From positions 20,399,112 to 20,463,111 of the forward strand of contig CM119265.1 in NCBI GenBank assembly GCA_051294375.1: a stretch of 64,000 bases of DNA, read 5' to 3'. This document shows positions 43,066 through 56,133 of this stretch, piece by piece (within the stretch, counting starts at the first letter, position 1; every line of letters starts with the position of its first letter). Both the position numbers and the translations under genes were made by a program. Source of the DNA: Paraspadella gotoi (taxonomy: Eukaryota; Animalia; Chaetognatha). Below the pieces are notes generated by a model. It made no database searches, was not told the DNA's origin, and worked only from the letters and a program-made list of their open reading frames with translations.

Positions 43066-45179
43066 CTCGTGGGCGGAGTCGCGGGATGATGTTTCGATCA
43101 AAGTCGAACTAAAAATAGAAGGAGACAAAATCTGTAGGCGTCGACTCTGGGTCAATATTTGGCGAGAGAAGAGAAGAACGGACGATGAACAGAATCGCGT
43201 TTTGAGGGCGAGAAATAAGGCAAAGGAGAAAGGAGAAAGGCAAAGGCAAGGGCAAAAGCTAGGATAAAGGTGAAGAAAAAGGAAAAAAAAGAAAATCAAA
43301 GGCGTAAGGAAAGGATAAAGCTGGGACCAAAAGAAAATCAAGGCAAAGAAAAAAGCAGAGGGATAGGTAAAGATAAAGGCCATGAAAAAGGCAAAGGAAA
43401 AGTAAATGGCAAAGGCAAATGGTAAGACAAGGGCGAAGGCTATAATGCGGGGACACAAAAAAAAAAAAAAAACATTAAAATTTCTAAATTATGATGTGTT
43501 GACCTACTATGATATTGTTACGCAGTTCTATCAAACACTCCAGCCCTCCCACAGTTGCCTCTTTGCTCCTTTGCTTTTTATCGCTTCGGCGTCCGTCGTC
43601 GCCGCCATTTTTTTTTATCGACAAAATGGAGACGTTTTTCACTTTGATTGGTGCCATTTCGATCTCGTTTTATATATTTCCCCTCTCGTTCTCTCTCGGG
43701 TCTTGTCGGTTATCTCCTCTCTCGTCTCGTCTCCTCTCTCTCTCTCTCTCTCTCTCCTCTCTGCTCTCATTCATCTCTCTCTCATCTCCCTCTCTCTCGA
43801 TCTCTTCATCTCTCCTCTTTTTCAGCGTGACGTGCCTACCGGGATCGTGAGCTAAACGGACAGTGAGAGAAAGTCTATGAAGAAGGAGGGAGAGGGCAAT
43901 TAGGGGATGTAGGGGTAGGAAGATCACGATAGATGGGGGTATAGGGGTGGAGATGGCGGCGATAGTCTGCCATTTTGAGAGGAGATCCTTGGTTTCGATA
44001 GCGCATAACGCGTGGGAAGGGGAGGGGGGTGAGGAGGCTTTTGATTGCCGGCGTCCGCCGAGTCTTTCTCACTGATTATCATATAAATCGATCAAATAAA
44101 ATTCTTTTTTCTCTTAAAAAAAAAAAAAATGGAACCGTCAAATGCGTCCGGTACTCGAGAGATAGAAATTAATCATCGAAAAGCCAGTTGGTTGACTGAA
44201 CTCTGAACAGTGAACAGCGTTCACTGTTTTACTCGTGTCTCTTTACATTTCATGTCGACTCGCGGATGATGATGTTTTCTTTTTAATCCACGATGCTTGA
44301 TGACAACATTTTCTCATTAATATGATCCTTTCCAACTTCACCCTCCTTTCGTTGATCTTTTCTTATTCCTCCACCGCCTGTTCTCAATTCTTACATGCGC
44401 CATTATGGTTAACTTTGATCATGATGTTACATTTAAATCTGTTTTCAGCCTATCTTTTTCGCTCCCTCTCTTTTACTTACCTTTCACTTCCTCCTCTTGC
44501 TCCCCACCATTCCTCTCTTTTCCTCCTGTTCCTCCCTCCCTTTCCTTTTCTCCCTCTATTCCTCTTCTTCCTCCCTCTCTTTCCCTTCTACCCCTTCCTT
44601 CTCTTCCTCCTTTCCTCCCTTTCATTTCCTACCACTTCCCATCTTCTTCCTCCCTCTCTTTCCTTTTCTCCCTCTATTCCTTCTCTTCCTCCCTCTCTTT
44701 CCTTTCCTCCTCTTCCTCCTCCGAACCTCAAGGGTCGAGTTTCTCGATTTTTTGCTTCTTTCGTCGTCGTTTTTATGCTTCGGCTTTTCAACCGCCGAAG
44801 GAGGGGGGAGCGATAGGGGGGGGTGGGTAAAAGGGGCGATGGTGGCGAAGAAGGTAAACGGGGGTTAGTGGAGGAACAGTTTTAACTTTTAAGCTTTTGA
44901 CGCTGATTTGAAATGAGGTAACTCTTGCCATAATTAGATTTGAAAATTAACTTTTTTCAACTCGTCGCGAGTTAGCGGAAGTAAAAGGGAGAATATGATA
45001 AAAGTAGGTTGTTGATATATATATATATATAAATATATCTGTTAGAAAAAAGGCTGCTTAATAACTGGAGGAAAGTACTTAATACTTTAGTATATTATCG
45101 GCAAGCTCATAAACCCAGGACGTCCTTGAAAAAAGAAAAAAAATAGAGAAAGAGAGAGAGAAGAGAGAGAAAGGGAGAG

Positions 45180-45211
<32 letters not shown>

Positions 45212-45837
45212 GAGAAAGAGAGAGAGAGAGAGCATCGTCGCAACTTTCGTAACAAATTAGCATAAAAGATTACGTGGATCTTTGATGCGTGTCCTCATAT
45301 TGCGCAGTTTTATGCGCAATTCAAGCTGAAGGGTGAGAAGATTCAAGGTCTGAAATCTGAGGTCAAACTCGATGCCTTTTCGTCTCTGAAGCCGTTGGGT
45401 ATAATTACATTGACATCGTTTTCCGAGGAATGTAGTTACAACGTGTCGTCTTAAATTGTAGCATTATTTAAAAAAATGATAAGGGATTAATGTTAAAAAA
45501 ATACTACTTACATACAACGTGAATCGAGTTTACATTTATTTTGCATAAAAAGTATTGAGGCTAAATTTCACAATGCGACTCATGCATTGATAAGTGTTTT
45601 TTTTCTCTTCCGACTCTTCTTATTCCGTCTCAGTTTTGTCCTTGAGTCAGACTCCTTTATACCCATATTTTTTTTTTCCGCTCAAGCGAATGAAGGAATT
45701 CTATACTGAAGTATGAAGGGTTCCGTAGTCAGCAGAGAAAATGTTTGGGGGGAAAACTTGCTTAACAAATTTATTTACTTTTTGACTCATGATAAATTAG
45801 CATAACATCAACAAACATCTCTTGGAGTAAATAAACA

Positions 45838-45997
45838 AGACTGTGAGAGAGTCTCGATTGAAAGCTTGCAGGGACCTGCTATGTCATTATCTTGTAAGAG
45901 TGGAGGCATTAAACCGCCAAAGCCTGTTCAAAGTCAGTCAATATAGTAGCTTAGTTATTGAATGAATGGATAATTTTAGATTGGTTGTACCAATTTT
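45838..45997 (+). mobile_element. Dispersed repeat family A, longest contiguous copy
   Basis: AGACTGTGAGAGAGTCTCGATTGAAAGCTTGCAGGGACCTGCTATGTCATTATCTTGT...ATTGGTTGTACCAATTT shared with the other four copies. Confidence 0.85.
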
Positions 45998-46387
45998 ATC
46001 ATAGAACATGAAATTAAATAACATAACGTACATCCTAGCCACATCTTGGAGCTACCAAACAATTTTCCGAAATTTGTTCCAAACTCATGCTTATGACTTG
46101 CAATTCGTTTAAACTTTCTCCCTAATTTTTAAACCCTTAAATTTCTTTCCCCCCTTCCCATCCCGAGTTTACTCAGGTCCATTTTCGTCCGAGTGAAGAA
46201 TTCTCGTTTCGACAAACGCGTTTCACTGTCGTTTCACTCATTCGCCTCCATAATCTTTCCCAAATTCTTTTCTTCGCCCAAAAAAAAAAAAGAATAAAAA
46301 AAAAAAGGAAAGTTTTTCTTCTTTTCTTTCCACAATCGTCGTCGACTCATTCCCCTTCATTAACTCTCCCGAGAGAGTCGGGGCGAA

Positions 46388-46493
46388 ATGGAGGGCCGAA
46401 TGCCGCAGCCCCTGGACCCGAAGCGGCTCGAGGGGCCAGGGCCGAAGGCTGAGGCCCGGCGCGGCTCGAGGGGCGAGACTCTCGAAAACCAGG
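46388..46493 (+). CDS. Candidate short first exon MEGRMPQPLDPKRLEGPGPKAEARRGSRGETLENQ, product unknown
   Basis: Sharp GC-rich island; GAAATGG start context; open frame up to G|GTGAGA donor (phase 1 as assembled). Confidence 0.35.
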
Positions 46494-47545
46494 GTGAGAT
46501 TTTAAGCTCAGTTTAACTAACTGCGGAGTTTTTTTTCGGGGTTAAAACGAGGTTTTGGTTTTCCAAACAATTTCCGAGTTGTTTTCAGGTTTCTTTTTTT
46601 TCGCAGGAGACAAAATTATATTGTTTAAAAATTTTATTTTTATTGTTAGTTTTTGTTTCGTCTCAAGTTGTGTCTCAAAATCGTTGTTGGATTTCTATTT
46701 CTAACTACCGTATCTAATTGTACTCGTAAAGTTTGATATAAAAAATATTCACAAATTAAAAATAGAATTCTAGCTAATATTATATTACATTAAGAATTTG
46801 GAGCCAAACAGACTTTAAACATCCAAAATGTTGTCAATGCTCATGGCATTAACTATAATATAATTAAAACGACAATTAAAAAAAATGGACAATGTAATAA
46901 ATCAACCAATAAACCATTAAGTTAAGACTCGACTATAGTACATAATATACACATCCTTGCTCTAGTCTCTAGGAAATCTCGCGCGGCTTTCTCTTCGCCC
47001 CAGGAAATCCGGGGCGTCGAAAGATAATCGTGCGACGATTAGCGACTAAATGTGGCGTGAATTTCCCGCGCATTTGTAACGACGTCCCTACGGCCACGCC
47101 CTCTTTTTCTCCCTCGCTTTTCCTCACCCGAGCTAATCAGACCCCTTTTCTCCTTTCCTCATTTTTTTTCTCTTCACTTCTCACCATTTCCTTTATCTTT
47201 CACTTTTCCCATATCGTCTTCTCTTTCGCATCCATATTCACATTCACATCGCCCTCACGTGATAATCCTTTCCCATTTTCTTCTCATTCTCATCCGACCC
47301 TAATCATTCCGCGTTCAACCTTCCTTCACTTACCTAATACCTTCCTCATTTCCTTTCCTCCCTATTTCCTTTCCTCCCTATTTCCTTTCCTCCCTATTTC
47401 CTTTTCAGTTGATCTCGCCTTTTTTTCGTCGCTTTCCTTCCGCGACTCATCATTATCTTTCGTTATCAGTTTAACTGTTTCGAAACCGTTTTCAGTTGTT
47501 TTTACAATAGATTTTTCAACTACTACCTCCGTCAGGTTCTTTTTT

Positions 47546-47547
<2 letters not shown>

Positions 47548-47623
<76 letters not shown>
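47548..47623. repeat. (CAT)n microsatellite, about 25 perfect units
   Basis: Direct trinucleotide run. Confidence 0.95.
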
Positions 47624-47624
<1 letters not shown>

Positions 47625-47865
47625 CCAGAATCATTATCTCCTTTGTCGTAAATGTTGAAAAACTCTCCTCTCGTAAATTGACAATTCTTTTCCGTTTCAC
47701 TTCCTACCCTATCTCTCGTCGCCCGCTTCCGTCTTTAGCTATCCGCTTCTGTCCGCTTCTTATTTCATAAAATCGCTTCTTTTTTCGCTTTTCGTAAATA
47801 TCTGAAACTTGTATCGTCATCATACTACATTTCTTGGTTGAGATGACTTCCGCGCTCCTCTTTTA

Positions 47866-47955
47866 CGCCCGCTTCCGCCCGCTTCCCTCATTCGCGCCCG
47901 CTTCCGCCCGCTTCTCTCATTCGCGCCCGCTTCCGCCCGTTCCCGCCCGCTTCCG
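47866..47955. repeat. GC-rich tandem repeat: 10-bp CGCCCGCTTC unit within a 29-bp higher-order unit
   Basis: (CGCCCGCTTC)2-CCTCATTCG / TCTCATTCG repeated, then three more 10-mers. Confidence 0.85.
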
Positions 47956-48003
47956 TAATTCCATCATCGATTAACCTTTGACCTTTTTTCTTTTGCCCAA
48001 CAG

Positions 48004-48267
48004 AAGTCAATTCTGATTCAGTCGTTTTGTACCGAGGAAATTCTAGGGGTTTGCCCATTACGTAGTTTACTTATACTGTTATAAAAACAAAGTGTATCAG
48101 CTTAGTTTTTTACACAACGATGTTCTTACCGATAAGAGATGGAATATAACGCGTACAATTTCGATGCAATTTGTAAGAATCCATTAAAATTCTGATTTTC
48201 ACGTATTTTAATATAAAATTTCTTTTATTTTCCTGCTTATCTCCTCGTGGACTGAAAAAATCATCAG
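48004..48267 (+). other. Candidate non-coding or stop-containing cassette exon, 264 nt
   Basis: Strong acceptor TTTGACCTTTTTTCTTTTGCCCAACAG| at 48003 and consensus donor CAG|GTAAGT at 48268; phase-0 reading stops at TAA 48082-48084. Confidence 0.4.
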
Positions 48268-49224
48268 GTAAGTTTGACAACACTTAATATCGTGATATTG
48301 TGATTACTTGACAGAATGAATACCGTTAGCCCTTGAATGTATTATATGTTAAACTGTTTACGAAAGCACAACTAGATTGTATATAAAAGAGAAGAATGAA
48401 GCGCCATGTCAATGAGGATCAGGGATCAGGGTAAAGGAGGAGGCGATGCTCTTCGATCCTTAGGTCAAAAAACGAAAAGAAAAGAAAAAAAAAAGGATTT
48501 TCTTTCTTTTCGATGATGATGGAAATCTTTTTATGCAGATCGAGAGTCGGAGAAAAAAAGAAGGAATCCTAGATTCAATTCGATGAGAAAGAAAAAAAGG
48601 GGAAAAAATGAAAAAAAAAGAAAAAAAGAAAAAAGGGATTGAGGGGAAAAAATGAAAAAGAAAAAAAATGTTGAGGAGATGAGGAAATTTTCGGGAATTT
48701 AAGTAACTTTGAAATTCGAGAATTATATATCGTTTAGGTTGTTATATATCGCTTATGAAGGAAGGGCTTCAATGGTCTGTACGACCTTCTCCTAATTGTG
48801 GAACGTTTCCCAGGTTTTAATCTTTTACGTCAGTCAAACTCGATTATACACGAACATTTTTTTTTTTCAAACCAAAAAATAGAAAATTATTCGAATTAAA
48901 TCGACAAGTTAATAAAATAAATCAAAGTAAATAAGCTCTTATAATTTTTATACTATTTTTGTCTGGATATTAACATAAAATTGATCAACTGATTATCAAA
49001 AATTCCGAATTCAAAATGACTAACGAAACTTTTGTAAAACCCTGTAATGTTTATTATATACGGATAGACTACGAAGAAGACGCTCACACTCCCACCGACG
49101 AAAACTCAAGAACAAAAGACCAACTGAAGATGAACAAGAGAAATGATTCCCTTTTGAAAAAAACCATCGCCGGGTCAGTAATCAAAAACAAAACTGGTGG
49201 ATTCGAATTGAACGCGCTCTCTCT

Positions 49225-49299
<75 letters not shown>

Positions 49300-49379
49300 G
49301 ATGACATGATGAAAATTAAGAAAAAATACAAATAATAAAAAAAATCCTAGTTCACTTTCGTGTTCTTCTTTTACTCCTT

Positions 49380-49454
<75 letters not shown>

Positions 49455-49843
49455 CTCTCTCCCTCTCTCCAACTTTTCTTTTCCTGCAACGAACTTGATC
49501 GCGTTAATCAGCTTCTGAGAAAAAAAAACAATAAAAAAAACACTGTTTTCTCCGTTTTGTTGTTAATTATTACAAAAAATTAATTAAAGCATCCTATTTC
49601 TTTTCGCCCTGGAAACTATTTATTTTATTCATTGTTGACGAGGAAATGATTTATTTTTTACTAACGATTCCTGTGCGATTTTAATAGAATTTGAAGTCAA
49701 CAAACAGTCCAGTAAAATTAACTTTAAACATTTTTTAAAAATTGAACCTTTTCGTAATCATTTCAGACTATTTTATTTTTGTAAAAACCAGCGAAAAAAA
49801 TAAGAAGTGTCACAAAATTATAAAAGAAAATAAAAAAAATAAC

Positions 49844-50421
49844 ATGTATTCGGAAGCATCTAGCGGCGACTCGACGAAACTAAACTGGCGAAATTAACAA
49901 CAACAACAACTTCGACGACGACAACGGAGACAAAATACCTTCGTCGCCAAACCAAACGACGACGACGACGACGATAAAAAAGGACGAAAACGTCATCGGC
50001 GTCGTCGTCGATCGATTCGCGTCGACGTCGTCGTCTTCGTCGTCGACGCCTCCTAAGCCTCCATCTCTCCTGCAGCAGTGCGTCCTCGGCAGCCCCATCG
50101 TCATGACGTCGTCTTGCTCGTCGTCGTCTTCGTCGTCGTCGGCGACAACCGTCCCCGACCACGCCGTCCGTTACGGCGTCGCATCCGCCGCGTTCGACGG
50201 CCGCCGGTGACAGCGACGCCGCAGTCCGCCGCCGGAAATCTTTGTCCGATGCAGCTGCAGCATCAATTCGCTCTCCATCACATCAGCCGCCTTTGCCTGC
50301 AGCATGCTCTTCATCTGCAGCATCAATTTCAGGTCCGATGCAGCTTCATCATCCATCATATCTTCCCGCGGAGCAGCTGCCTTTTCTTCGCCGTGGGATC
50401 AGAGCCGAAGAGTCCCGGCAG
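49844..50421 (+). CDS. Candidate large low-complexity first exon (about 190 aa; needs about 2 indel corrections), product unknown
   Basis: AAC-ATG start at an AT-to-GC boundary; readable segments MYSEASSGDSTKL / GEINNNNNFDDDNGDKIPSSPNQ...PPKPPSLLQQCVLGSP / GDSDAAVRRRKSLSD...AEESRQ; ends at CAG|GCAAGA (GC-type donor, phase 0) or runs on to TGA at 50478. Confidence 0.35.
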
Positions 50422-51250
50422 GCAAGAACTCCCGACGTTTTGGATCAACAACAACGACGTGAAGCTTTTGACGATTGACTCCGCTGACAGATTTTATGAC
50501 TATATATGTCATGTAATATGCATATGTAAATATCAAAAATTGTATTTAGTCAAAGAATATTAGATAATTGTTTTATTTATTGATTATACGTGAGATTCAA
50601 AGATTAGATTTATACATGTTGAAACGTTTTGAAAATATATAAAATTCTCAGTACGTCGCAATCAGTCGCGTCTCATTATCCTTCTCTATTTTTTTTTATT
50701 CCATCTCCATTAAAAATGAATTTTCCGAGATTCATTTTCAAGCCTCTTTTGTCGTTTTGTTTTTTATGCGAAGAAAAAACAAAAGAGCGACACGGTCGAC
50801 AAAAGAGCATCAGACAGATCCAAGAAATAAATTCAATTGAAAAGAGAAAATAGAGAAAACATAAGAAAATCACAATAATTTAGCAAACGAATTTATTTAG
50901 ATTGAAGCAGAAAAATATTAAGATTAATACATAAACGCCAGAAAAGCTATGTATGTAAAAGGACAGTAAAAAAAAGCAAGCATTACGAATTGAATTGAAG
51001 AAGATCGAGTTTTTCTTTCACGATCCTAATGGGAAGAAAAGAATAAAAACGCCCTTTTTCTTTCTTTGTTTTCTTTTTATCCCATTTTTTCTTTCTTTTC
51101 TCTCTCTCTTCTGCTCTTTTTTCTTTTTCTGCCATTTCTCTCCACTTTTCCATCGCTTTTTTTCTTCTGCTAATGAAAAAACGTTCTGACTGACGTTCTA
51201 GAATGACCTTGGTTTGACCTTGAAACCGAGACTGTAAAAAAGTAACACAC

Positions 51251-51290
<40 letters not shown>

Positions 51291-52635
51291 GAAGAAGAGA
51301 GAGAGAGAGAGAGAGAAGAGACAAGAGAGAGAGAAAAGAGAGAGAGAGAGAGGAGAGTCACGAATCCGTTTCATAATACAGTGCAGGGTTCTACGTGACA
51401 GACGAGTGCACTCGGACGGGAAAAATAATTATATGAATAAATCGATGAACAAAATGAACATGTTTGAACATCGGTTTTGTTTTAAAAACTTTAGTTCATT
51501 TTCAACTCTTACCTAACTAATATACTAATTCATCGTTAAAAAAACCCTTTCATGCGACGTTTGCACTTTTTTGGTACTAAACTTGTCTTTAGATAATTCA
51601 CCGGAGTGTCCCCCCCTCGCGTCAAAAAGTGCTAACGACATGATAAGCTCGTAAGAATGAATCTAACATTTATGATTAAAGAAAAAAAACAGCTTTATAC
51701 ATAAATGAACCGAACAGTTTAAAAATAAGTTTATCAAGATATAAATCAAACGCTAAGTATGTTGTAATCAGGATAGCACTACTACTACTATTACTACATG
51801 TAGTGGCAAGAATACCGAGGGACATCGCGAGGGTTTTTTTTTCTTCTTGTGTACGAAAAGGCTTCAGTGGGGTTGTGTTTGAGGGGCAAGGGAATAGAGA
51901 TAGAGGCTTCGTAGGCGGTGACTGTAGGCGGGTTGAGATCTAATGCGAATCGGACGCAAATCAGAGGGACCGCGTCCTTGGGCTCGAAACGGCGGTGGTG
52001 TTGGTCTATGGGTGGTTTTGAAAGAGGCTGGGATGGAGAGAGGAGGTTTGAAAAGAGGGCGGTGAGAAAGAAGCTTGGAAGTTAAAAGGATAAGCAATGA
52101 TTGGAAATTACTGTCTGAGGGGGTGAAGAAAGTTGTGATCCGGGAGAAACAATGGGGGGGGCGGGAGGGTATTGGTTAGGGGAGTTGCTAACCAATGGGT
52201 GGCTCTACATTTATGTATAGAGATTCTTTGAGGGATGTTTAAGGGCGAATTGTTCATCCGCTAAAAACTTCGAAGGTAAGGTTCTGTAAGGTTGACAGTG
52301 GTGAGTGAAAAGAAGGTTCTTTTTCCCGAAGGTCAAAGGGTTAGACGAGCGTTCGCTGGGCGGGAGGTAAATGAGCGACGGAAGGTGTGGGGCGGGGCGC
52401 ATTCGTCTGAAGCGAGCGGTGGAAATGAGGGTGGGGGCGGGGGAGAGGAACGGAATTGGGGCAACCCTCGATTTTAATGGAAAAGACCGAAGATACTCGA
52501 GACCCCAGGGCAACGATGAAGAGGAGGACGGAGGAGGAGGAGAAGGAGGAGGAGGAGGAGGAGCTAATGGAAATGGAAAGCAGAAAGGGTCATCGCCAAG
52601 CTGGTCAAACTTGATGTGGGTCAAACACGAAAGAC

Positions 52636-52685
<50 letters not shown>

Positions 52686-54683
52686 GATAAGAGAGAGAAG
52701 AGAAACCGCCTTCCCGAATCCCGAATGTGACATTAAATGACATCGATAAACTGATTATTGAGTTGGGCTGAGCCGATGATTCTCATTCACAGAGATCGTA
52801 CATCCTTACATTATATAAAGATTTGACTTTCTTTGACAAAAAGGGTCAGGCTTTTCGAGTACAAATGCGTCGAGACGTCGCTTTAGAAAACTTTTGATCA
52901 GTCGGTTATTCAACCTTTGGATGTTTCTATGTCGTAATGCAACGAATCGATATTGAATACGAAACAACTTTTTATCCCCCTTCTTTTTTTTTCTTTCGTT
53001 TTCGTTTTCAAAGTTCTCAATAACCATTGACCAATATCATTTCTACATACATATTCTATCTCCATAACTTTTAGCTTTTTATTTAGTTTTCAAGACCATT
53101 TAAACTGATAAATCCACAGCATGTTTCTTCATTTACTTTTGTTATCTTCATATTTTTTTGAAATTTCTTATTGAAATTCCGCCTCGTCTCTTATTCCATT
53201 TGTATCTCAATTTCTTCCCCGAATTTCCACATCAAAACCTTTTTGCCTTTTTTTTTAACGGATTTTCCTTAATAGACACAAAGTGTATCGCCGGAAGTTG
53301 AACGTCGTCTTCGTCGTCGTCGCCGTCGTCCTCATAGTCGTCGCCATCGTCGTCGTTGGCTGGCCGATGACGTTACGGTTTCATGCTTCTGGCTCTCGGC
53401 GAAGACGACGACGATGACGACGACGACGACGACGACGACGAAGTCGAGGACTTTGATGCCAGAATCGCCGAAAAATGACAACTCGTGTGTCTTCTTGCTT
53501 TGTCGTCGTCGTCATCGTCGTCGTCGTCGTCGTAGTTGCCGGAGGATATTTTCTTAACCCCCTTCGGGATGGATTGTTTTTTAGGCACATCGTAACTTCG
53601 CGTATTCTTTTTCTTAACCATGAAGAAAAGCAATTTCTGTTTGAAAATGACAACTATTATGGTTGTAACACTTCATTTTCTCCTCATTTACTTTTTTTTT
53701 GGATTCATCCTTTGAAACTTGAGTCAAAGTTTTTGAAGATTCATCATTCATCTTATCATTCATTGTGTCGCTCACTAATCGTTAGCATCGTTGCGTGTTT
53801 TGGCCTACGATCCATGTTCGTGCTCTCTCGTGCTCTCATCTCTCTCTGTGCTCTCTCTCTCTCATCATCTACTCTCTCTCGCGGTCTCTCTCTCTCCATC
53901 TCGGTCGACTCTTCTCATCTTCTCTCGTCGTCTATTCGTCTCAGCTCTCATCGTCTCTGATATCTCTCTCTCTGTCGATCTCGCAGTGCATCGTATCGCT
54001 CGTCTTCATCTCTATCATCGGTCATCTTTCTTCTGTCTCTCTCGCTCCTACTAGTCCTATTCTCCCTGCTATCATCTTCCCCTCCGCTCGCAAGCGTTCT
54101 CCTGAACGTTCTTAACCTTCTTGTTTTCTTTCTACGTCCCGTTTTACTGTTTCTCTTATTTTTTTATGTTTTTCTCGGCTTTATTTTTACTTTTTCATTC
54201 TCGTCTTTTTTAGTCTTTCCTCCATTTATTTTCCTCTCTTCTCATTCGTTTCTCTTTCCTTTTAATCTGTCCGCCTCCCTTTCTCCTCTCTCTCTCTCTC
54301 TACTTCTCATCTCCTCTCCGTTCGTCTCTCTCTCGTCTCTGCTCTCTCTCCTCTCTCTCTCTCATCTCCCTCCTTACCTCATTTTCCTTTTCTACTTCCA
54401 TTCGGACTTTCTTCGTCCCTTTCTGTCTTTCCTCTTTTCCTTCTCCCTCTTCCTTTCCTCCCCTCTCCCTCCCAACGTCTATTCTTTCTCCCTCCCTCCT
54501 TCTTCCTTTCCTCCTTTCCTCCCTTTTTTTCTCCCCATCTTCCTCCAACAAATCGACGAAAAAAAGTCGTGACCTTGAGTTCTTCTCGTTCGCCCTTCAA
54601 GTCGTCCTATCAAACATTTTGCGAAGAAGTGAAGAGATGTATAACCTTTTTCATTACGACCTTTAAAATAAGTAATAGTAATA

Positions 54684-54759
54684 TCCAAAGTCAGGGGCAA
54701 GATAGCTTAATTATTAAATGAATGGATGATTTTGTATTGCTTGTAGTACCCATTTCATA
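54684..54759 (+). mobile_element. Dispersed repeat family A, 3' fragment
   Basis: TCCAAAGTCAGGGGCAAGATAGCTTAATTATTAAATGAATGGAT is nearly identical to about 26853-26900. Confidence 0.85.
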
Positions 54760-54884
54760 AAATTCAGCTACTTGTTTTTTGATGCAAGTGCTGAGTACAA
54801 TATTGTATCCTCTCTTATACTAAAGGGAGTTGTTTTTTTATACAAATGAAACATTCTTTAAAATATTATGCCACTTCATGAGGA

Positions 54885-55014
54885 AGCCAGGTGGTCTGGG
54901 AGACGAGACGAGACTGTGAGAGAGTCTTGATAGAAAGCTTTCCGGGACCTGATATGTCATTATCTTGTATGAGTGTTGAATGAATGGATAATTTTATATG
55001 GTTGTACCAATTTC
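54885..55014 (+). mobile_element. Dispersed repeat family A, 5'-extended copy with internal deletion and hammerhead-like fold
   Basis: Matches 45838-45902, then jumps to TGAATGAATGGATAATTTT...GGTTGTACCAATTTC. Confidence 0.8.
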
Positions 55015-56068
55015 AAAATGATAAACACTTATTTTGGAGTTAAAAATTCGATTTGGGTGTTGATAGTGTTTAAAGGTTTTCCAAACTAAAGCTCCTGAAA
55101 TATAAAGGAATTTTAGGAAATAAAGTTAGAAAATAGAATAATTTATAAAATAAATAGCCATTTTTAGAAAAACCATTTTTTTAGTTTTCCTCCTAATTTT
55201 TTTTGAGACTTAAAAATCTTCGGTCCAACCAACCTCCCGTTCTCCCAGTCGTTTTAAAGCCGGTTCCTGATGTGTACCGCTTTCTCTTTAAACGGCTCCT
55301 GATGTATTCGGTTCTCGAATCGGCTCGTCCTCTTCGTTCTCCCATTCCGTCCCCTTTTCTTTCTCCATTTCTTCCTCCTTTTCTTTCTCTTTTTTCCTCC
55401 TTCCTCCTCATTTTCTCCTTTTTTTCTCTTTTTTTTCCTTTTTTTCCTTCCTTTCTTCATTTTCTTTCACCTTTTCTTCCTCATTTTCTTCCTTCTTTTC
55501 TTCCTTTTTTCTTCCTCTTTTCTTCCTCCTTTTTTTCTCCTTTCTTCCTCCGTTTCTTCCTCCTTTTCTTCCTCCTTTTTTCCTCCTTTCCTTCCTCCTT
55601 TCCTTCCTCTTTTTCTTCCTCCTTTTGTCCTCTTAATCTCCTCCCTCTTCCTCCAAAATTTTCCTTTTCCTTCCATCATTTGTCTCCCTCTCGATTTCCT
55701 CACGTTTTCCTCCCTAAACTTCTTTCCTTTTATTTCTCCTCAATTTCTTTCCTTTTTTTCTTCCTTTAACTTTTCCAAGTATTTCTTTTCATCCCTTCCG
55801 TCTTCCCTTCTTTTCCTTTCAACTTCTTTCCATTGTTTTTCGTTACCCATCTTCCCCTTATCTCCTTCCCTCCCTCCCCCTTTAATTCTCATCATACTTG
55901 CTATCTCCTCCTCCTCCTCTTCCTCCCACTCCCCTCTGCACTTTCCTCCCCCCCAGTCCCCCCCTCTCTTCTCACTAATCGATCTGCAGTAATAAAAACC
56001 AGTGAAACTCAAAAGCTTCTCAGAGCTTCGTCCAGTGCTGGCATCAGTGTCATTCCTCTCTTTTCTCA

Positions 56069-56133
<65 letters not shown>

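Noticed and set aside
48745-48790. AYEG-coding stretch as a possible cpo RRM exon
   Set aside because: Flanking residues do not match LLFRAYEGYEGSLLK and the frame stops shortly after.
52371-52730. Gly/Glu-rich 119-aa ORF
   Set aside because: Lies in a G-skewed tract running into (GA)n; no convincing splice sites or recognisable motif.
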